NCBI GenBank assembly: GCA_963761125.1
Contig: CAVXFV010000004.1
Coordinates: 264,544-328,543, forward strand
From: Candidatus Latescibacterota bacterium
GTDB taxonomy: Bacteria; Krumholzibacteriota; Krumholzibacteriia; WVZY01; JAKEHA01
Direction: 5' to 3'
DNA: 64,000 nt
The notes under the pieces were generated by a model. The model was given only the letters and a program-made list of their open reading frames with translations, had not been told where the DNA came from and did no database searches. Shown piece after piece: positions 58,819 to 64,000 of the stretch. The position numbers and the translations under genes are program-made. Each line of letters opens with the position of its first letter. Position 1 is the stretch's first letter.

Positions 58819-59309
58819 GCGGCCCGCGTCCCGATGCCTCGACCCTGATCGACGCGCTCGATCTCGAGCCGCATCCCGAGGGCGGGTTCTTCCGCGAGTT
58901 CTTTCGTTCCGCCGCGACGGTCGCGCCGTCCGATGGGCGTCCGGAACGCGCCGCGCTCTCGGCCATCTATTTCTTTCTTCCCGCGGGACACAAGAGCCGC
59001 TGGCATTCGATCGTTTCCGACGAACAGTGGACGTTTCTGGAGGGCGACCCGATCGAGCTATGGGTGATTGACCCGACATCGATGCGCCGCGAGACGCATC
59101 GCCTGGGTCGCGCGTCGGACGCCGCGTCGCCGACCGTCGTCGTCCCCGGGGGCGCCTGGCAGGCGGCGCGTCCGCTGGGCGAGTTCGCACTGGTGACCTG
59201 CGCCGTCGGACCCGCGTTCGAGTTCGACGACTTCCGTTTGATTTCCGACGACCCGAAACACGCGGCCGCACTGCGGTTCGCGTTCCCCGATCTCGCGGAT
59301 CTCCTGTGA
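58815..59309 (+). CDS. cupin DUF985 family protein
   Basis: ATGA overlap with the upstream gene. LDLEPHPEGGFFREFFRS...IYFFLPAGHKSRWH. Confidence 0.8.
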   Translation: MSGPRPDASTLIDALDLEPHPEGGFFREFFRSAATVAPSDGRPERAALSAIYFFLPAGHKSRWHSIVSDEQWTFLEGDPIELWVIDPTSMRRETHRLGRASDAASPTVVVPGGAWQAARPLGEFALVTCAVGPAFEFDDFRLISDDPKHAAALRFAFPDLADLL

Positions 59310-59376
59310 CGCGTCGCGGCATTCCATACGAACGTTGGTCTGGATGCGCCGCCCGCCATTCGCTATTTTCCTCTCC

Positions 59377-59916
59377 ATGAAACTTCGATCCATCGTGCTG
59401 TCCGTGCTGGCGATCGGCCTGCTGGCGACGTCGCCGGTGCGTGCGTCCGCGCAGACCACGCCCGCGCCCTGCGAAGCGGACTCCGCGTTCGCGGTGCTCG
59501 ACTTCTGGGTGGGGGACTGGGACGTGTTCGTCGGTACCCGGAAGGTGGGCGAGAACCACATTGCGAAGGAACTCTCCGGCTGCGCGGTCACCGAAGACTG
59601 GACCGACGCCGACGGCTCGCACGGGCGCAGTCTTTTCTATTACATCCCGGCCGAGAAGACGTGGAAGCAGGTCTGGATAACCGACAACGCGCTCATGCCC
59701 GGGGGCGTCAAGGAGAAGACGCTGATCGAGCGCTTCCCCGACGGCGGCGTTCGCTTTCAGGGGCGGCTTCGACGGCTGGACGGAAAGGGCTGGTATCTCG
59801 ACCGCACGACGTTGTCGCCGATCGAGAACGGAGATGTCCGGCAGGTAATCGAGATTTCCGTCGACGACGGGAAGACGTGGCGGACGGGTTTCGACGCCCG
59901 CTACACGCGCCAGTAG
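59377..59916 (+). CDS. hypothetical secreted protein (DUF1579-like)
   Basis: ATG 59377. Signal MKLRSIVLSVLAIGLLATSPVRASA. LDFWVGDWDV...GCAVTEDW. Confidence 0.6.
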   Translation: MKLRSIVLSVLAIGLLATSPVRASAQTTPAPCEADSAFAVLDFWVGDWDVFVGTRKVGENHIAKELSGCAVTEDWTDADGSHGRSLFYYIPAEKTWKQVWITDNALMPGGVKEKTLIERFPDGGVRFQGRLRRLDGKGWYLDRTTLSPIENGDVRQVIEISVDDGKTWRTGFDARYTRQ

Positions 59917-59956
59917 CAGACGCCCCGACGATCTTCGCCGGGGCGCCCACCACCGA

Positions 59957-60472
59957 CTACATTCCGAAGCGGACCAGCGCGGCAAACGTGACGCTGTTGA
60001 GATCCTCTCCCGTGACGGCCTTCAGATCGCTGTCGTTCTGGAAACGATACGTCCCGTATACGTCCAGGGCGAGACCGGCCAGGCCGACATTGACGCCGAG
60101 GCGAAGCGCATAGAACGGATCGTTCTGCCAGTCGCCGTCGATGTATCCGATCCCGATTCCCGCACCCCCGTAGATCAAGCCGCTGGTCAGCACGTAGGCC
60201 GACGGCTCCCACATCGACTTGTCCGACCCGATGTAGTTAAAAATATATTCGAGGTTTCCCTCGATCTTGAGGAGCGCGAGGCTGTGCTGGTACGAGCCGA
60301 TAAGGGAGAACGAGTTCTGATCGAGGCCGGTGTTGGATTTGGTGATGTCCCCGAGATTGCGCAAATAATGAACACCGCCGCCGATGCTGCCGCCCGCGTT
60401 CGCGGCAGCGGACCACCCGATCAGCGAGAGGGCCAGCACGCCCGGAATGAGAGCTTTGAGAATGGTCCTCAT
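59957..60472 (-). CDS. small outer-membrane beta-barrel protein
   Basis: ATG 60472 with GGAGG upstream. Signal MRTILKALIPGVLALSLIGWSAAANA. Gly/Tyr-rich strands. Confidence 0.7.
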   Translation of the reverse strand: MRTILKALIPGVLALSLIGWSAAANAGGSIGGGVHYLRNLGDITKSNTGLDQNSFSLIGSYQHSLALLKIEGNLEYIFNYIGSDKSMWEPSAYVLTSGLIYGGAGIGIGYIDGDWQNDPFYALRLGVNVGLAGLALDVYGTYRFQNDSDLKAVTGEDLNSVTFAALVRFGM

Positions 60473-60621
60473 GGATTGACCTCCAGCCACGCGACTGCGT
60501 GGAAATAACGAACGTGTTTACGAATTGGTTCGGTTTCGGATAGCCTACGCGGGAATTCGGGACGCGGTCAATTCCTTTGGGGCGTCCACGAACGATAGAT
60601 TGGCGAACTGGAACTTTAACA

Positions 60622-61650
60622 ATGCGTTTCGGAACACGAGTAAAAATTCCCGTTCTTTACGGAATCGCCGCATGTGCACTGCTGGCCGCGTGCGGCTCCC
60701 GCGACAAGCAGAAACACGCGCTACCCGCGCGTGCACCGGACACGACGCGCACGGCCCTGCAGACGCCGGCACCGTCGCTCGACGAACTCAAGAACGCGAC
60801 CTACCGCGGTTTCGGCGCGATCGCCGATTCCGCCGGCGACTTCGAAGACGCGCCCGACTCGGTGACGCTGGTGGACGGCCGGTGGGAAGGCGAGCCATAC
60901 GACGAAGACGGAGCATCGCGTCCGAGCGTCACCTTCACCCGCGACTTCCGGCTGACGGGCGATCTCGACGGCGATGGAATGGATGACGCCGTTGTGTTGC
61001 TCGCGCGGTCCTCGGGCGGGTCGGGTGAAGACGAGTACCTCGCCGTCGTCATGCGCGTGCCGGGAGCGGTTCGCAACGTGGCGACGACGCTGCTGGGAGA
61101 TCGCGTTCAGGTTCGGTCCGCGCGGATCGAAGGCAGCCGAATCGTGCTGGACCTCGTGCAGGCGGGCGACGACGACGCGATGTGCTGCCCCGGCGATCTC
61201 GTCACGCGCCAGTGGACGCTCACCTCCGGCGGGTTGAGCGAGATCGCATCCGGTGAACGACCCGCTCGGCTGTCGATCGCCACACTCGTGGGACGAGAGT
61301 GGGTGCTCCGTTGGTGGGGATGGAACGAACCCGCCGCCGATAGCACCGGGGTGATCTTCACGGTCGGGGAAGACGGACGCATGAACGGGACCGGCGGGTG
61401 CAATCGGTTTTTCGCCGTCCTCACCGAAGGCGATTCGCCCGGCGACCTCACCATCGACTCCGGCAACAAGACCCAGTTGGCCTGCCCCGATCCCGCGGCC
61501 GCCACCGAAAGCCGGTTCTTCGGGCAGTTGAATGCCGTGACCCGGTTCGGTTTCGTCGCGACGCAGTTGGCCCTCACGTACGAACGCGACGGAGCGGTCG
61601 ATGTCATGCTGTTCGATGCCCGCCCGCGGGATACCCCGAACCGCGATTGA
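60622..61650 (+). CDS. lipoprotein with C-terminal META (HslJ-like) domain
   Basis: ATG 60622. Lipobox ALLAACG. REWVLRWWG...GTGGCNRFFAVLTEG...QLACPD. Confidence 0.7.
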   Translation: MRFGTRVKIPVLYGIAACALLAACGSRDKQKHALPARAPDTTRTALQTPAPSLDELKNATYRGFGAIADSAGDFEDAPDSVTLVDGRWEGEPYDEDGASRPSVTFTRDFRLTGDLDGDGMDDAVVLLARSSGGSGEDEYLAVVMRVPGAVRNVATTLLGDRVQVRSARIEGSRIVLDLVQAGDDDAMCCPGDLVTRQWTLTSGGLSEIASGERPARLSIATLVGREWVLRWWGWNEPAADSTGVIFTVGEDGRMNGTGGCNRFFAVLTEGDSPGDLTIDSGNKTQLACPDPAAATESRFFGQLNAVTRFGFVATQLALTYERDGAVDVMLFDARPRDTPNRD

Positions 61651-61700
61651 CCGCCGCCGCCGATTGTTCGTAAGATCGGGTTCCGCGGCCGCCGGATTTC

Positions 61701-62840
61701 ATGCGCATTCTTTTCATCAGTTCGATTCAGATGTGGGGCGGAGCCGAAGTCTGGCTGATGGACGTCGTCCGCGGCCTCGGCGGTCGCGGTCACGCGGTCA
61801 CCATTGCCTGCCGGCCCGGCACCATCCTCGAAAAAAACGCCCGCGCGGAGGGATTCGACGTCGTTCCCGTCGCCATGCGTAGCGACTTCGATCCGCTGGT
61901 CGTGCAGAACGTCGCGCGCATTCTCCGCGAGCGCAAAATCCAGATCGTCTCCACCAACATGGACAAGGAGCTGCGCTTCGGCGGACTCGCGGCACGCCTG
62001 ATGCGTAACGTCGCCGTCGTGCCGTCGCGCGAGGTGGACTATCCGCTCAAGAACAAGCTTCGCTATCGCTTCACCTACAACGTACTCGCCGACCGCGTGA
62101 TTGCGAACTCCGTCGCCACCAAACGGTCCCTGCTCATGAACGCTCCCTGGCTCAAGCCGGATCGGATCGAGGTCGTCTACAAAGGCATCGATCCCGCCCC
62201 GTACCTCGATCGTCCGGAAGAAGGCGACGCGCTTCGTCGCGAACTCGGGATTCCCGCGGACGCTCGGGTAGTGGGATTCGTCGGGCAGGTGATCGAGCGC
62301 AAGGGCGTTCACGACATCGCCGCCGCCCTGCCGCTGGTAATGAACGCGCGCGCGAATGCGCATTTCCTGGTGGTGGGAGAGGGAAAACTCGACGGGTTCC
62401 TCCGTCAGCGGCTGACCGACGCCGGCGTTTCGGAACGCGTCACGTTCGCGGGATTTCGAAACGACATTCCCGCCGTGATGAAGGCGATCGACCTGTTGAT
62501 CCTGCCGTCGGTCGTCGAAGGATTCGGCTACGTCCTGGTCGAGGCGATGGCGGCGGCGAAGCCCGTCGTCGCCACCAACGCGAGCAGCATCCCCGAAATC
62601 GTTCAACACGGAGAAACGGGCGTCCTCGTCGAGGTCAACGACCCGCCGCGTCTGGCCAACGCCATTGGCGAGCTGCTGGACGACCCCGCGAAGGCGCACG
62701 CCATGGGCGAGCGGGGTCGCCGGGTGATGCTCGAGAAGTTCACGCTGGAGCGGATGATCGACCGCGTCGAGTCGGTGTTTACGCGGGCGATCGAGGCAAA
62801 GTCCGCGCGCCGAGTTGACGACCGCGGGTCAGCTCATTAG
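61701..62840 (+). CDS. glycosyltransferase family 4 (GT-B)
   Basis: 379 aa. MRILFISSIQMWGGAEV...GFGYVLVEAMAAAKPVVATNASSIPEIV. Confidence 0.9.
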   Translation: MRILFISSIQMWGGAEVWLMDVVRGLGGRGHAVTIACRPGTILEKNARAEGFDVVPVAMRSDFDPLVVQNVARILRERKIQIVSTNMDKELRFGGLAARLMRNVAVVPSREVDYPLKNKLRYRFTYNVLADRVIANSVATKRSLLMNAPWLKPDRIEVVYKGIDPAPYLDRPEEGDALRRELGIPADARVVGFVGQVIERKGVHDIAAALPLVMNARANAHFLVVGEGKLDGFLRQRLTDAGVSERVTFAGFRNDIPAVMKAIDLLILPSVVEGFGYVLVEAMAAAKPVVATNASSIPEIVQHGETGVLVEVNDPPRLANAIGELLDDPAKAHAMGERGRRVMLEKFTLERMIDRVESVFTRAIEAKSARRVDDRGSAH

Positions 62841-62876
62841 TATTCACGCGAACGTTGCGTTTCAAGGAGGCACTTC

Positions 62877-63404
62877 ATGACATCCGCCACGCGTCGCCGG
62901 CCGCATCCATCCGAATACTTCGAGTACTACCACACATACGTGTCGGAGGTTCCCGACGGCGACATCGTGACCATCCTTCGCCGTCAGATGGAGGACGCGT
63001 CGGCGCTGCTGTCGTCGGTGCCGAAGGACCGGTCTGCGTTCCGCTACGCGCCGGGCAAGTGGACGCTCAACGAGGTCGTCGGCCACGTACTCGACATGGA
63101 ATGGGTATTCACGTCGCGCGCGCTGCATTTCGCCCGGGGCGTCGACGCGGTGCTTCCCGGCGTGGAACAGGACGACGTGATGAAGGTGTCGAATTTTTCG
63201 ACGCGCCCGCTCGACGACATCGTCGACGAATGGCGGCATCTGCGCGCGGCGGGGGCGCTGTTCTTCGAGGCGCTCGATGACGCCGCGTGGGACCGCGCGG
63301 GAACGGCGTCGGGACGGCGCTTCACCGTGCGCGCGTTTCCCTACATCATCGCCGGTCACGCGAACCACCACCTCGGCGTCATTCGAGACCGCTATCTGAA
63401 GTAG
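62877..63404 (+). CDS. DinB family protein
   Basis: 175 aa. KWTLNEVVGHVLDME...IAGHANHHLGVIRDRY. Confidence 0.85.
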   Translation: MTSATRRRPHPSEYFEYYHTYVSEVPDGDIVTILRRQMEDASALLSSVPKDRSAFRYAPGKWTLNEVVGHVLDMEWVFTSRALHFARGVDAVLPGVEQDDVMKVSNFSTRPLDDIVDEWRHLRAAGALFFEALDDAAWDRAGTASGRRFTVRAFPYIIAGHANHHLGVIRDRYLK

Positions 63405-63417
63405 GCGATCGTTTCGG

Positions 63418-64000
63418 TCAGGCGTCGCCGGTGAGCATGTCGACGACGGCGCGATTCCACCCCGACGGACCGACGCCTTCCGCCCGAACGAGCCCCGCGA
63501 TGCGCATGTCTTCCCATTCTCCGGGAGCTTTCTGTACCAGCACCGGAACGTCGACCGCGTCGAGCAACGGCCCGTCGTTGAAACTGTCGCCGATTCCGAT
63601 CAGGCGAACGTCGCCGCGCCAGCGGCGGTAGAGTTCAGCCAGGACGCGCGCCGCCGCGCCCTTGTCCGAGCGTCCCGACACCGCAAAGAATCGTCCCCCG
63701 CGCGAGAGCGCAAGGTCCCGCCGCGCCAGTGCCCGCGCCACGGCCGCGGCCTGGTCGGGTGTGAGCGCCGTCACGATGGTTTCTTCGTGCTCGCGCGTCT
63801 TTGCCCGTCGTGCGGATTCGAGATCCAGACCCGTGCGTTCGGCGACGTCGTTGTCGGAGAGGTCGCCGTACCCGGTAAGATCGACGCCGGTTTCGTCGCT
63901 GACCTCGCGGATTGCCGCGCGTACGCGTTCGTATCCGGGCCCGAGTCGAATCGCGAGCATTCCGTCCGGCAGGCGATCGCACGTGAACTCGAACGGAAAA
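63418..64000 (-). CDS. HAD-IIB hydrolase (mannosyl-3-phosphoglycerate phosphatase-like); N-terminus outside window
   Basis: GDSFNDGPLLDAVDVPVLV and SDKGAAARVL motifs. The frame is open through base 64000 (…FPFEFTCDRLPDGMLAIR). Confidence 0.7.
   Translation of the reverse strand, partial: FPFEFTCDRLPDGMLAIRLGPGYERVRAAIREVSDETGVDLTGYGDLSDNDVAERTGLDLESARRAKTREHEETIVTALTPDQAAAVARALARRDLALSRGGRFFAVSGRSDKGAAARVLAELYRRWRGDVRLIGIGDSFNDGPLLDAVDVPVLVQKAPGEWEDMRIAGLVRAEGVGPSGWNRAVVDMLTGDA

Noticed and set aside
59927-59949. GC hairpin gccccg...cggggc between convergent genes, as a possible bidirectional terminator.
   Set aside because: The stem is only 6 bp, the loop is 11 nt, and there is no U-tract on either strand. 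This is too weak to call in a GC-rich background.

Overview
High-G+C (about 65-70% in sampled lines), gene-dense bacterial segment, probably from a metagenome-assembled genome of a lineage that uses T9SS-type C-terminal sorting domains (the taxonomy is inference only). I found no rRNA, tRNA, CRISPR array, transposase or integrase.

**Dominant feature.** A minus-strand tandem array of seven paralogous genes lies at 5386-18677, with an eighth dispersed copy at 28299-30688. Each gene encodes:
- a signal peptide;
- eight ~54-aa 'DIYAQR' repeats, predicted here to form an 8-bladed beta-propeller that I could not assign to a named family;
- a T9SS/FlgD-Ig-like C-terminal domain.

The array sits between fadN-fadA (1-3991) and fadE (18913-20709), genes that are contiguous in the Bacillus fadN-fadA-fadE operon. 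Five of the eight genes share a bipartite leader motif. Two neighbouring gene junctions are about 95% identical over ~410 nt.

**Other content.**
- A visibly low-G+C cassette directly after fadE encodes an AlbA_2/Schlafen-like protein plus an unknown partner, followed by an accessory block of small secreted or membrane proteins up to about 27.6 kb.
- An envelope-stress operon runs ECF sigma / anti-sigma / two Spy-CpxP-like proteins / Gly-His-rich protein.
- An ArsR-headed cluster encodes DUF2892, an MMPL transporter, a LolA-like protein and an OM beta-barrel.
- A long plus-strand run of small detoxification and housekeeping genes covers about 50-63 kb.

**Caveat.** At least 13 single-base frame breaks disrupt otherwise clearly conserved genes. 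They are either consensus indel errors or real pseudogenisation, and the sequence alone cannot separate the two.
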